Positions 34,412-43,654 of a stretch of DNA of 64,000 bases are shown here, in pieces. The notes below the pieces were generated by a model. That model had not been told where the DNA came from, made no database searches, and saw only the letters and a list, made by a program, of their open reading frames with translations. The translations under genes and the position numbers were made by a program. Source of the stretch: an uncultured virus (IMG/VR IMGVR_UViG_3300042691_036566) (Duplodnaviria; Heunggongvirae; Uroviricota; Caudoviricetes); the IMG/VR virus record IMGVR_UViG_3300042691_036566, positions 62,001-126,000 of that record, one strand, 5' to 3'. Every line of letters begins with the position of its first letter. Within the stretch, counting starts at the first letter, position 1.

Positions 34412-34754
34412 GCAAATTTTTGTTCCCAAAGGATGGGGATTTGAAAAATGGATTACAAATAATAACAAATATTGCGGTAAGTTACTTTATTTTATAAAAG
34501 GAAAAAAATGCTCTTGGCATTATCATAAAGTAAAAGATGAAGTTTTTTATATTCAAAGTGGAAAATTAAAAGTTTTTTATGGGGATGATGACAATATTTT
34601 AAATGCAAATACTATTATTTTAGAAAAAGGCGATAGTTTTCATGTAAAAACGGGCCTAAGACATCAAATGGTTGCTTTACAAGATACAGAACTATTTGAA
34701 TTTTCTACTCAACATTTTGATGAGGATAGCATAAGGATAGAAAAAGGTGATTAA
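34395..34754 (+). CDS. cupin sugar isomerase-like
   Basis: KGWG, SWHYHKVKDE, GLRH. Confidence 0.8.
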   Translation: MLTSSEQIFVPKGWGFEKWITNNNKYCGKLLYFIKGKKCSWHYHKVKDEVFYIQSGKLKVFYGDDDNILNANTIILEKGDSFHVKTGLRHQMVALQDTELFEFSTQHFDEDSIRIEKGD

Positions 34755-35355
34755 ATTAGTTATCTTTGATATGGACGGCGTTTTAGTAGACGCATGTGAT
34801 TGGCATAGAATAGCTTTTAATTTAGCACTTAAGAATGTTTGTAATTATGAGCTATCCCTGGAAGAACACTATAAAGAATATAATGGTTTACCGACAAAAA
34901 TAAAATTAAAAAAATTAAAAGATAAAGGGATGGTCACAGAAAATTTATTTGATACCATAGAATCACTAAAACAAGAAAATACTATAAAATTAATAAATGA
35001 TCTTTGCGCGTATGATTCTTCTAAAGTAGAACTATTAAAATACTTAAAAGATAAAAATATTAAAATTGCTTGCTATACTAATAGCATAAGAAAAACTGCC
35101 GAATTGATCCTGAAAAAAGCAGGTGTTTTATCCTCGTTAGATAAACTGATCACAAATCAAGACGTTAATTCTCCAAAACCAAACCCAGAAGGTTATATAA
35201 ATTGTATTAATTTTTTTAATGTCTCTCCAAACGAAACTATAATAGTGGAAGATTCTCCAAAAGGAATTGAAGCAGCTTCTGGTGCCGGCGCTTTTATAAT
35301 AAAAGTCGATAATGCTAAACAGGTTAATATAGACCTTATGAAGGAATACATATGA
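34747..35355 (+). CDS. HAD phosphatase
   Basis: FDMDGVL, TNS, KPNP, EDS. Confidence 0.88.
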   Translation: MIKLVIFDMDGVLVDACDWHRIAFNLALKNVCNYELSLEEHYKEYNGLPTKIKLKKLKDKGMVTENLFDTIESLKQENTIKLINDLCAYDSSKVELLKYLKDKNIKIACYTNSIRKTAELILKKAGVLSSLDKLITNQDVNSPKPNPEGYINCINFFNVSPNETIIVEDSPKGIEAASGAGAFIIKVDNAKQVNIDLMKEYI

Positions 35356-36080
35356 ATATAGTTATACCGATGGTTGGTCTTGGGAAGAGATTTTTTGATG
35401 CGGGATATTTAGATCCAAAACCATTAATTAAAATAGAGGAAAAAACAATAGTTCAACACGCTATAGATAGTCTAGGAATAGAAGGACAATATATATTTGT
35501 AATTAGAAAAAGTAACTTTTCTGATAAGCTAAAAGATGTATTATATAATACTAAGCCCGACTCTATAATTATTGAAATTGATTATTTAACTGATGGTACA
35601 GTAAGCTCTATATTATTAGCAAAAGAATTTATAGATAATGATACAGAACTTATCACTACAAATTGTGATCAAAGAACTATCTGGGATAGTAACTTATTTT
35701 TAAATTCATGTCGAAGAAAAAATCTCGATGGCTGTGTTGCTACTTATCCTTATGATAATATAATAGTGGGAGAAAAGAGTCCTTATAGTTTTATAAAAAC
35801 AGATGAAAATAATTTAGGTCTACTGTTAGATGAAAAAACTGCTATTTCTAATTTGGCTTTATGCGGTATTCATTATTGGAGAAAAGGAAGCTATTTTGTA
35901 AACTCTGCGGTGGAATTGTTAAAAAACAATGATAGAGTTAATAATGAATTTTATGTATCTAAAACATATAATTATTTAATAAAAAAAGGTATGAACATAG
36001 GTTATCACTCTCTCAATAAGGGTGAATTTTATTCTTTAGGAACGCCGGAGGACATAAAAATTTATGAAAACAGAAAATAA
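35352..36080 (+). CDS. sugar-phosphate nucleotidyltransferase
   Basis: IPMVGLGKRF..PKPLI, NCDQ, NNEFYV, LGTPED. Confidence 0.88.
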   Translation: MNIVIPMVGLGKRFFDAGYLDPKPLIKIEEKTIVQHAIDSLGIEGQYIFVIRKSNFSDKLKDVLYNTKPDSIIIEIDYLTDGTVSSILLAKEFIDNDTELITTNCDQRTIWDSNLFLNSCRRKNLDGCVATYPYDNIIVGEKSPYSFIKTDENNLGLLLDEKTAISNLALCGIHYWRKGSYFVNSAVELLKNNDRVNNEFYVSKTYNYLIKKGMNIGYHSLNKGEFYSLGTPEDIKIYENRK

Positions 36081-36804
36081 AAAAATAGCATTAGTACTAA
36101 GCGGTCATTTAAGAACATATATGGATACATTTCTTAATTTAAAGAAAAATTTATTAGATTTATATGATTGTGATATATACATCTCCACCTGGAATAATAC
36201 GGATCATCTTACTGATTTTTATCACTCTGAAGAGTCTATGAAAAAATTATTATCTGTTTATTCTCCTTGGACTAAGGTGATAGTAATAAATGAATCTAGG
36301 GGTTTTTTTGAATACAATAAAAAAAATATAGAAATACATCCTACCAAATATGGAACTTGGAATACGGAAAATAGTCAATACAAAACATATCAAGGTGGAA
36401 ATGTACCAGAAGAGGCAGTAAATAGATTAACTTCGCAATGGTATGCTGTGTCTGAGGGTTTTAAATCTATAAAAAACTATGAAAAATATGATTTTCTTAT
36501 CAGAAGTCGATTTGATATTGATTTATTAAAGCCATTTAATTTTGTGGATGAAAAAATTGTCGTTGGAGATTCTTATGGAGTAGAAAATTATTACAATATA
36601 AGAGACTATATCGTATATATAAAACCTGAAGCTTTTGATATTATGAAAAATATCTATGCTTTGAGTATTGAAAATTTTAAAAAATATAATAATTTTTCTG
36701 CAGAAACCATGCTTGAATATACTTTAAAAAATAATGATCTAAAAATACCTTTAACAATAGATAATAATTTAAGATATGATTTAGAATATAGGCTTAAGAG
36801 ATGA
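36064..36804 (+). CDS. glycan-cluster hypothetical protein (WavE-like motifs)
   Basis: ALVLSGHLR, YISTW, YDFLIRSRFD. Confidence 0.6.
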   Translation: MKTENKKIALVLSGHLRTYMDTFLNLKKNLLDLYDCDIYISTWNNTDHLTDFYHSEESMKKLLSVYSPWTKVIVINESRGFFEYNKKNIEIHPTKYGTWNTENSQYKTYQGGNVPEEAVNRLTSQWYAVSEGFKSIKNYEKYDFLIRSRFDIDLLKPFNFVDEKIVVGDSYGVENYYNIRDYIVYIKPEAFDIMKNIYALSIENFKKYNNFSAETMLEYTLKNNDLKIPLTIDNNLRYDLEYRLKR

Positions 36805-37121
36805 AAATAGATAATATAAATAATATGTGGAGAGGTTGGATGGTAGGAAATTTCAATCCGAGCGTTTATAAAACTGACCTCTTTGAAGTTGGAATACTTA
36901 TTCATAAAAAAGGTGAAAAGTGGCCTAAACATTATCATAAAATTGCTACAGAAATTAACTGCTTAATTTCTGGTAAGATGGTAATATGCGGAAAAGAAAT
37001 CAACCCAGGTGATATTTTTATTCTTGAACCGCTAGAAATAGCAGATCCTGAATTTTTAGAAGATTGCAAAATAGTTGTTGTAAAAACAGCTTCTGTTCCA
37101 AATGATAAATATGAGGTATAA
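36801..37121 (+). CDS. cupin protein
   Basis: GWMVGNF, HYHKIATEIN. Confidence 0.8.
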   Translation: MKIDNINNMWRGWMVGNFNPSVYKTDLFEVGILIHKKGEKWPKHYHKIATEINCLISGKMVICGKEINPGDIFILEPLEIADPEFLEDCKIVVVKTASVPNDKYEV

Positions 37122-38012
37122 ATGACTAAAGATTTTTTATTTTTTTCTTATTCTTGGGTTGATAATGCAAATTTTTATTTCAAAAAATTTGAAGAATTAG
37201 GCTATAAGTGTGATTATGTATATGAAACAAACCTAGCAGATTTTAAGCCAGTACATGATTATCAAAATATTGTTTTATATCTTCATGAGTGGAATACTAT
37301 ACCAATAACTAATAAAATAATAGATACATATTATAGATTCTCTAATCTTATTCAACACGATGATACCGACTTTGAAGATATACAAATTTGGAGCAATAGA
37401 AAACCAGACTTAATAATGCATAGAGAGTTGACAGATAATTCAAAAAATCCATGGAAAAGCCCTGTATATGGATTTCATTTTCCTGTTGCTACAAAATATG
37501 ATCAAAGATTTCAATTAAAAGAGATCGATTTATCTTTTATAGGAAGAATGACTTCTGGAAGAAGGAAACCGTTTGTTGAGCACATTAAGCAACTATCAGT
37601 GAATGAGTTAAAAAATATGAACTGGCATATTGATGTTGATGATCATGTAGGTGTAGCTGATAAAATTACTAAAAAATATACAGAAGTTATAAATTCTTCA
37701 AAAATAGGACTAAATTATTTTGGTAATTCTTATGACTCTAAAAGAACTTGGGAATTGGCAAGTACAAAATGCGCTATAATAATGCCAAAATTAAAACTAA
37801 AATCTACATCAAAAGATGGTATACTATTCGATAGTTATATAGAAATAAGAGATGATTTTCAGGATTTAAAAGAAAAAATACTTTACACAATGGAAAATAA
37901 GAGATATATTGACTATGGAGAAGCTGCGTATGAATCTTACACAAAGTTTCACACTCCCGAAAAATGCTTCGAAAAATATTATGAAATTGTAAAAAATATT
38001 TTACAATTATGA
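37122..38012 (+). CDS. GT-B glycosyltransferase (CgeB-like C-terminus)
   Basis: DLSFIG, SSKIGLN, RTWE. Confidence 0.7.
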   Translation: MTKDFLFFSYSWVDNANFYFKKFEELGYKCDYVYETNLADFKPVHDYQNIVLYLHEWNTIPITNKIIDTYYRFSNLIQHDDTDFEDIQIWSNRKPDLIMHRELTDNSKNPWKSPVYGFHFPVATKYDQRFQLKEIDLSFIGRMTSGRRKPFVEHIKQLSVNELKNMNWHIDVDDHVGVADKITKKYTEVINSSKIGLNYFGNSYDSKRTWELASTKCAIIMPKLKLKSTSKDGILFDSYIEIRDDFQDLKEKILYTMENKRYIDYGEAAYESYTKFHTPEKCFEKYYEIVKNILQL

Positions 38013-38019
38013 GGAAAAT

Positions 38020-39213
38020 ATGAAATTTAATATTTTTACTAGTGAGTTGGATTACGAGAAATATTATATAGCAAAATATAAAATTAAGTCAAAAACTAAT
38101 TTAAAGGATGCTGCTTGGAATTTAGCAATCGGACAAAGCGTTGGCAATCCAAATGTTAGAAACGAATGGGAAACTGAAGAATTGTTTCAAAATCATTCTT
38201 GCCTTATTTTACATTCAGAATCAGAATTGAGCGAAAAAACTGAAGGTGAAGTAAATATTGCATTTCCTGTTGCAAACAATGACTGGCAATCTGATGGAAT
38301 TTCTCACATGATATGCCAATTAATGGGTGGTCATGTTGATATAGATATAGTTGAAAGATGTAGATTAATTGATTTAAAATTACCTAAATCTGTTACAGAC
38401 AATTTTTTAGGTCCAAAATTTGGAATCAGTGGATTTAGGAATTTTACAGGACAATATAATAAACCCCTGTTCGGAAGTATTGTTAAGCCAAAAATTGGAG
38501 TAACTCCATATATTTTACTAGAAATGGTAAAACAAATGGTTGATGGTGGTGCCGACTTTATCAAAGAAGATGAAATCATGAGCAACCCAGTGGTGGCTCC
38601 TCTTGAAAAAAGAGTAGAGATTGTTTCAAATTATCTAGCAAGCCAAAACCGTAAAGTTGTTTTCTGTCACACCATAAATTGTGATCCACATATTCTTGTA
38701 GATAGAGTAAAAAGAGTATATGAATTAGGAGGAAATGGTGTACATATTAACGTGTTTAGCGGCTTAGGTTCTTATAATAGCATAAGAAAATTAAATCTAC
38801 CTTTATTTTTACACTATCAGAGTAGCGGCGCAAAAGTTTTTACAGAGAAAGATCATAAATACAGTATTTCTTGGAAGGTTATGTGTTATTTAGCTACTTT
38901 AATGGGCGTTGATACCATCCAAACTGGTATGATTGGTGGATATAGTAATGACGATCCAGAAGAAATTTTAGAATGTATCTCAACTTTAAGAAATGGAAAC
39001 ACACTCCCAGCATTAAGTTGTGGTATGCACCCAGGGTTAGTGGAGTATGTAACTTCAAAAGTTGGTATTGACTATCTAGCAAATGCGGGTGGTGCTGTCC
39101 ATGGTCATCCTAATGGTACAATTTCTGGTGCTATGGCAATGAGACAGTCAATTGATAAAAATTATAAATCTGAATATAATATAGCTATAGAAAAATGGGG
39201 ATTGGTAAAATAA
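38020..39213 (+). CDS. RuBisCO-like protein (form IV type)
   Basis: FLGPKFGISG, GSIVKPKIG, GGADFIKEDE, PALSCG, AGGAVHGHPNG. Confidence 0.92.
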   Translation: MKFNIFTSELDYEKYYIAKYKIKSKTNLKDAAWNLAIGQSVGNPNVRNEWETEELFQNHSCLILHSESELSEKTEGEVNIAFPVANNDWQSDGISHMICQLMGGHVDIDIVERCRLIDLKLPKSVTDNFLGPKFGISGFRNFTGQYNKPLFGSIVKPKIGVTPYILLEMVKQMVDGGADFIKEDEIMSNPVVAPLEKRVEIVSNYLASQNRKVVFCHTINCDPHILVDRVKRVYELGGNGVHINVFSGLGSYNSIRKLNLPLFLHYQSSGAKVFTEKDHKYSISWKVMCYLATLMGVDTIQTGMIGGYSNDDPEEILECISTLRNGNTLPALSCGMHPGLVEYVTSKVGIDYLANAGGAVHGHPNGTISGAMAMRQSIDKNYKSEYNIAIEKWGLVK

Positions 39214-39821
39214 TGAAAAAATGGCAATCTGATTTATTAAGAGACATAAGATTTAATGATTCAAGAGATGATTCAGATCTTCCTCTAAGTGAAACAACTG
39301 ATGTATATTATGATGGACAAAATGGTGAATTTACTCCATGCAATCATGAAAGCTTAAAAAAATATTTTTTAACAGTTAAAGATAGATGTAGAGCTATTTT
39401 AGAGATAGGAATTGCTAGAAGTGAATTTGGTAGTTCATATACACTTGTAAAAAACAAAAACAAAGACTGTGTATATATTGGAGTAGATATCAGAGATTGT
39501 TCATTTTTGAATGACGAAGAGAATAATGTTTATACTCTTCAAACAAAATCTGAAAATTATTCTGAAATATTAGAATTCATAAAATCTAAAGGAGTTGAGG
39601 AAATAGATTTTATTTTTATAGATGGTTGGCATAGTATAAATCAAGTATATGCAGAGTGGGAATTTACAAACTTATTATCCGAATATGGAATTGTTGGATT
39701 TCACGATACGAACAACCATCCAGGACCAAAACTGTTTGTCCAAAATTTAAATTTTGATTGGGTAGTTCAGAAAGAATGTTTAACAGATCATGGAATTTCT
39801 TTTGTATGGAAAAAACAGTAA
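39213..39821 (+). CDS. class I SAM methyltransferase (Methyltransf_24-like)
   Basis: ILEIG, IDFIFIDGWH, VGFHD. Confidence 0.85.
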   Translation: MKKWQSDLLRDIRFNDSRDDSDLPLSETTDVYYDGQNGEFTPCNHESLKKYFLTVKDRCRAILEIGIARSEFGSSYTLVKNKNKDCVYIGVDIRDCSFLNDEENNVYTLQTKSENYSEILEFIKSKGVEEIDFIFIDGWHSINQVYAEWEFTNLLSEYGIVGFHDTNNHPGPKLFVQNLNFDWVVQKECLTDHGISFVWKKQ

Positions 39822-40591
39822 TAATTCAAGGCGAAATACAAAATAATATGGTGCAGAGATCCATAAACCAAATAAGGGAATGGTTTGATGGAGAATTAAT
39901 AATATCAACTTGGGAAGGACAAAATAATAATTTAAGCGGATATGATAAAATATTATTTTGTAAAGATCCCGGACCTGGGCCTTTTAATGGTTTATTGCCT
40001 GTACAACAACATTGCAATCTAAAAAGACAGTTATATGGGCTTAAAAAAGCACTAGAAGAAAGTTCAAATGATCTTATATTCAAGATAAGAAATGATTGTT
40101 TGGTAACTAAAAATATTTTTAGTTATTTTAATTTTGAAAAAGCATTTGGAGAATATAAAATCTTTGATAGTAAAGTAGTGGTCAGTAATATGATGACCAT
40201 AAACCCAGACTCCACATCAGAACCAAAACCTTGGTTTAGAATTTCTGATTGGTTTTATTTAGGCATGAAAGAAGATATTAAAAAAATTTGTGATGTATAT
40301 GATGACTTAGAGAAAACAGACTTTTCTAATTCTTTTTTTGGAACTGAACATATATTATCTTTTAATCTGATAAAAAAATATATCTACAAGGATTTAACCC
40401 TAGAAGACTACATAACTCTGACAAGAGATTCGTGGAAATATATATTAAACAACTATAAGGTTATAGATACAAAAAGCACTGCAGGTATTATAAATATTGG
40501 AAAATGGATTAATCAACCAGAATATTTATCATGTTATTTAACAGAAGAACAATACAAAGAAAGAATTTCTGATGAAAATTATATCACATAG
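39806..40591 (+). CDS. WavE-like LPS/glycan synthesis protein
   Basis: VIIQG, IISTW, DPG, NLKRQ, KIRND, ISDWFYLG. Confidence 0.8.
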   Translation: MEKTVIIQGEIQNNMVQRSINQIREWFDGELIISTWEGQNNNLSGYDKILFCKDPGPGPFNGLLPVQQHCNLKRQLYGLKKALEESSNDLIFKIRNDCLVTKNIFSYFNFEKAFGEYKIFDSKVVVSNMMTINPDSTSEPKPWFRISDWFYLGMKEDIKKICDVYDDLEKTDFSNSFFGTEHILSFNLIKKYIYKDLTLEDYITLTRDSWKYILNNYKVIDTKSTAGIINIGKWINQPEYLSCYLTEEQYKERISDENYIT

Positions 40592-40985
40592 AGGAAATTT
40601 AAATGGCATAGAAAGAAATCTGGAAAACAATCCAGATAGGATCTTAGAAGTAATAAAAAAATTTGAAGTTGAAGTAGATGTTTGGTATGTAAATAATAAA
40701 TGGTTTTTAGGACACGATTTACCAACATACGAAGTAACAAATTTTTTCTTTAGCAATAAAATGTGGCTACATGCTAAAAATTTTGATGCTTGTATCAGAC
40801 TGAAAAATACTGAGTTAAATTGGTTTTGGCATGAAAATGATAAAATTACTTTAACTAGTAAAAATTATTTATGGTGTTTTCCTGGTGTTTATATACAAGA
40901 TGGGATTACGGTAGAATTTGGACACAACAAAAACCTACCTAAAAATATATTAGGGGTATGTACCGATTTTCCTGAATTATATTAG
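40572..40985 (+). CDS. minimal PLC-like phosphodiesterase
   Basis: ISHRGN, EN, EVDVW, LGHD, WLHAKN, GVCTD. Confidence 0.75.
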   Translation: MKIISHRGNLNGIERNLENNPDRILEVIKKFEVEVDVWYVNNKWFLGHDLPTYEVTNFFFSNKMWLHAKNFDACIRLKNTELNWFWHENDKITLTSKNYLWCFPGVYIQDGITVEFGHNKNLPKNILGVCTDFPELY

Positions 40986-40994
40986 AGGAATTAT

Positions 40995-41939
40995 ATGATT
41001 ATTATAACTGGCGGCTCTGGATTACTTGGAAGTGCATTTAAAAAAATATTACCGGATGCTCTCTATCCAACACATAAAGAATTAAACTTAGAAAACTATG
41101 ATGATACTCATCGATATTTTGATAATTTTAATGAATTCTCCGAATCAAAAATAAAAGCAGTAATACATTTAGCAGGAAAGGTTGGAGGAGTAAAAGCAAA
41201 TACTCGCTATATTTCTGATTTTTATAACACAAACTCTGAGATAAATAACAACATTATTCAATCTTGTATATTTACAGATGTCCCAAAGTTAATTTGTTGT
41301 CTATCAACGTGTATATACCCAGACGAAAAATATGTAAATTATCCACTAACTGAAGATCAGCTTCATAATGGCCCTCCACATGATTCAAATTTTGGATATG
41401 CTTATGCAAAACGTATGGTTGATGTTCAATTAAAAGCAGCAAATCAACAATACAGTACAGAATATATATCAGTTATTCCAAACAACATGTATGGAGAACA
41501 TGATAATTTTGATCTTGAGAATGGTCATGTTATCCCATCTTTAATCCGTAAAATCTGGGAGGCAAAAATTAATAATAAACCATCGTTTGAAGTTTGGGGT
41601 GATGGTGAAGTTTATCGTGAGTTTACTTATGCTGAAGATATTGCTAAAGCGATAAAATTCTTATTAGATAATAATTATACCGGAGATCCAGTAAATATTG
41701 GATCTACTAAAGAATACAAATTAAAAGATGTTATTACTTTAATTTCTAAAGAATTAGAATATAATGGTGATATAACGTATGATAATAAAAAACCAAAAGG
41801 ACAAATTCGTAAACCAACTTCTAATAAAAAATTTCTAGATTTAGGATGGAAAGAAGAAACGTATACAAGTTTAGAAGTAGGGATAAAGAAGACTTGTGAC
41901 TGGTTTAAAAAAAATTATCCAAATATAAGAGGAGTATAA
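40995..41939 (+). CDS. fcl: GDP-L-fucose synthase
   Basis: TGGSGLLG, LAGKVGG, LSTCIYP, YAYAKR, HVIPSL, WGDG..REF. Confidence 0.92.
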   Translation: MIIITGGSGLLGSAFKKILPDALYPTHKELNLENYDDTHRYFDNFNEFSESKIKAVIHLAGKVGGVKANTRYISDFYNTNSEINNNIIQSCIFTDVPKLICCLSTCIYPDEKYVNYPLTEDQLHNGPPHDSNFGYAYAKRMVDVQLKAANQQYSTEYISVIPNNMYGEHDNFDLENGHVIPSLIRKIWEAKINNKPSFEVWGDGEVYREFTYAEDIAKAIKFLLDNNYTGDPVNIGSTKEYKLKDVITLISKELEYNGDITYDNKKPKGQIRKPTSNKKFLDLGWKEETYTSLEVGIKKTCDWFKKNYPNIRGV

Positions 41940-41940
41940 A

Positions 41941-42120
41941 ATGAAATTATCTGACCAAGCTTTAACATGTGTTATGGTAGCTTTACAAAAAAGTCTAATG
42001 GAACAAACTGATATTGTTCCACTTATGAAAAGTTTTGATCTAGAATTAGAAGATGGAGAGTTAGTTGTTGTAAATCCACCTGTTGCTATGAAACTATCGG
42101 AAGACCAAGCGGGAGAATGA
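41941..42120 (+). CDS. 59-aa hypothetical protein (not in track)
   Basis: GAGGAG RBS; MKLSDQALTCVMVALQKSLMEQTDIVP... Confidence 0.7.
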   Translation: MKLSDQALTCVMVALQKSLMEQTDIVPLMKSFDLELEDGELVVVNPPVAMKLSEDQAGE

Positions 42121-42122
42121 TC

Positions 42123-42377
42123 ATGCCATTATATACATACGAATGTAAACAGTGTGAATATAAATTTGATTCTTTTCACAGCATGAATGAAAGTTTAAAA
42201 CTATGTGAAAAGTGCGGAAAAGAAACTTTGGAAAGAATCCCACAACTATTAACTTCCTATTCTAAACAAAAATCCGAAAGAGACATGGCTGGTGAAAGAG
42301 TCGAAAAATTTATAGAGGATTCCAGAAAGTTATTATTGGATTCTAAACAAGAACTTAAAGGAAGAGAATATAAATGA
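42123..42377 (+). CDS. FmdB-family Zn-ribbon protein
   Basis: MPLYTYECKQC..CEKCG..LER. Confidence 0.8.
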   Translation: MPLYTYECKQCEYKFDSFHSMNESLKLCEKCGKETLERIPQLLTSYSKQKSERDMAGERVEKFIEDSRKLLLDSKQELKGREYK

Positions 42378-42676
42378 TACTTTTAACAATCCTTTTTTTA
42401 TCGGCACTTATAAATATTGTATTAATTTGGTATTGTAGAAAGTTAGTAAAAAATCTATGGTATGGTATATCTAATGTAGATGAACTTCAGAAACTATTAA
42501 ATGAATATTCAAATTCTTTACAGTCTGTTTATGAATTAGAAGAATTCTATGGTGATGAAACAATTAAAATTGCTATAGAGAATACAAAATTAATCGTTGA
42601 AGCATGTCGTGTATATAAAGAAACTATAATTCAAAAACAGGAAGAAAAAAAAGTTGAAGAAAAGAACAGAGAATGA
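42374..42676 (+). CDS. N-terminal TM coiled-coil protein
   Basis: hydrophobic N-terminus; YELEEFYGDET. Confidence 0.7.
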   Translation: MILLTILFLSALINIVLIWYCRKLVKNLWYGISNVDELQKLLNEYSNSLQSVYELEEFYGDETIKIAIENTKLIVEACRVYKETIIQKQEEKKVEEKNRE

Positions 42677-43373
42677 TAACAAAGAAAATAAGATCTATTT
42701 TTCTAAGACGCATGAAGATGCGATTTTAGAATACGCAACTATAATAGATCATAAAAGAAGAACAGAATTATATATAACTCTAATACAACCAGCGTTTAAT
42801 GAAATGGTTGATAAAATTGTATATACGTATAAATTTAATACGCTTCCTAATATTCAAGACTTAAAAGATGAATGTAAAATTTGGCTTACGACCATATTGG
42901 ATAAATACGATGTATCCAAAGGGTCTAAAGCCTTTTCTTATTTTTCGGTTATTACAAAAAATTGGTTCATCCATAAGGTAAAAAAAATACAAAACAGTAA
43001 AGAAGTGTGTATAGATGATATAGGAAATTTAGCCGAGGATGAAAATTTTATATCTTATAATACATACGATCAAAAAAGAGAAGAAACAGAATTTTGGACA
43101 GCTCTATGGAAAGAAATAGATTCATGGCAACCTGAAAAAATGAAGCAAAATGAATTAAAAGTCTTTAAGGCTATAAAAGTTTTACTAGAAAGTCCCGAAA
43201 GTATACAAATTTTTAATAAAAAAGCTATTTATCTTTACATAAGAGAGATGACTGGTTTAAGTACAAAACAAGTTGTAAACAACTTAAAAAAATTTAGAGG
43301 TAGATATACACACTTTAAAAATGATTGGGATGAAGGAAAGATAACACATCTATGGAGCGAAGAAGATGAGTAA
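42654..43373 (+). CDS. phage sigma factor (T4 gp55-like late sigma)
   Basis: region-2-like LDKYDVSKGSKAFSYFSVITKN. Confidence 0.75.
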   Translation: MKKRTENDNKENKIYFSKTHEDAILEYATIIDHKRRTELYITLIQPAFNEMVDKIVYTYKFNTLPNIQDLKDECKIWLTTILDKYDVSKGSKAFSYFSVITKNWFIHKVKKIQNSKEVCIDDIGNLAEDENFISYNTYDQKREETEFWTALWKEIDSWQPEKMKQNELKVFKAIKVLLESPESIQIFNKKAIYLYIREMTGLSTKQVVNNLKKFRGRYTHFKNDWDEGKITHLWSEEDE

Positions 43374-43650
43374 ATCATTACAAGATTTTATAGAAAAATC
43401 TGTACAAAATATAGAGCAAGATAGAGCAGTTGCTTCCTATCTTTTAACTCGTTTAGTAGATAAAATGAAAGATGATGCATCTTCACACCAAAACTTAGGT
43501 CATATTGCAGCACAATATTTAGAAACTCTTCAAAGATCAAATGAACAGATGGTTAAATTAACTGCAATCGTTCAAAAGAAAGAAGGAAATAAAGAAAAGC
43601 TTTCCGAAAGAGAAATTGATGGTCTCTTTGACATGATAAAGGAGAACTAA
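43366..43650 (+). CDS. hypothetical protein
   Basis: YLETLQRSNEQMVKL. Confidence 0.75.
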   Translation: MSKSLQDFIEKSVQNIEQDRAVASYLLTRLVDKMKDDASSHQNLGHIAAQYLETLQRSNEQMVKLTAIVQKKEGNKEKLSEREIDGLFDMIKEN

Positions 43651-43654
43651 AAAA

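Noticed and set aside
38020..39213. CO2-fixing RuBisCO
   Set aside because: Lacks equivalents of H294, R295, H327, K334, E60 and N123; no small subunit or phosphoribulokinase nearby
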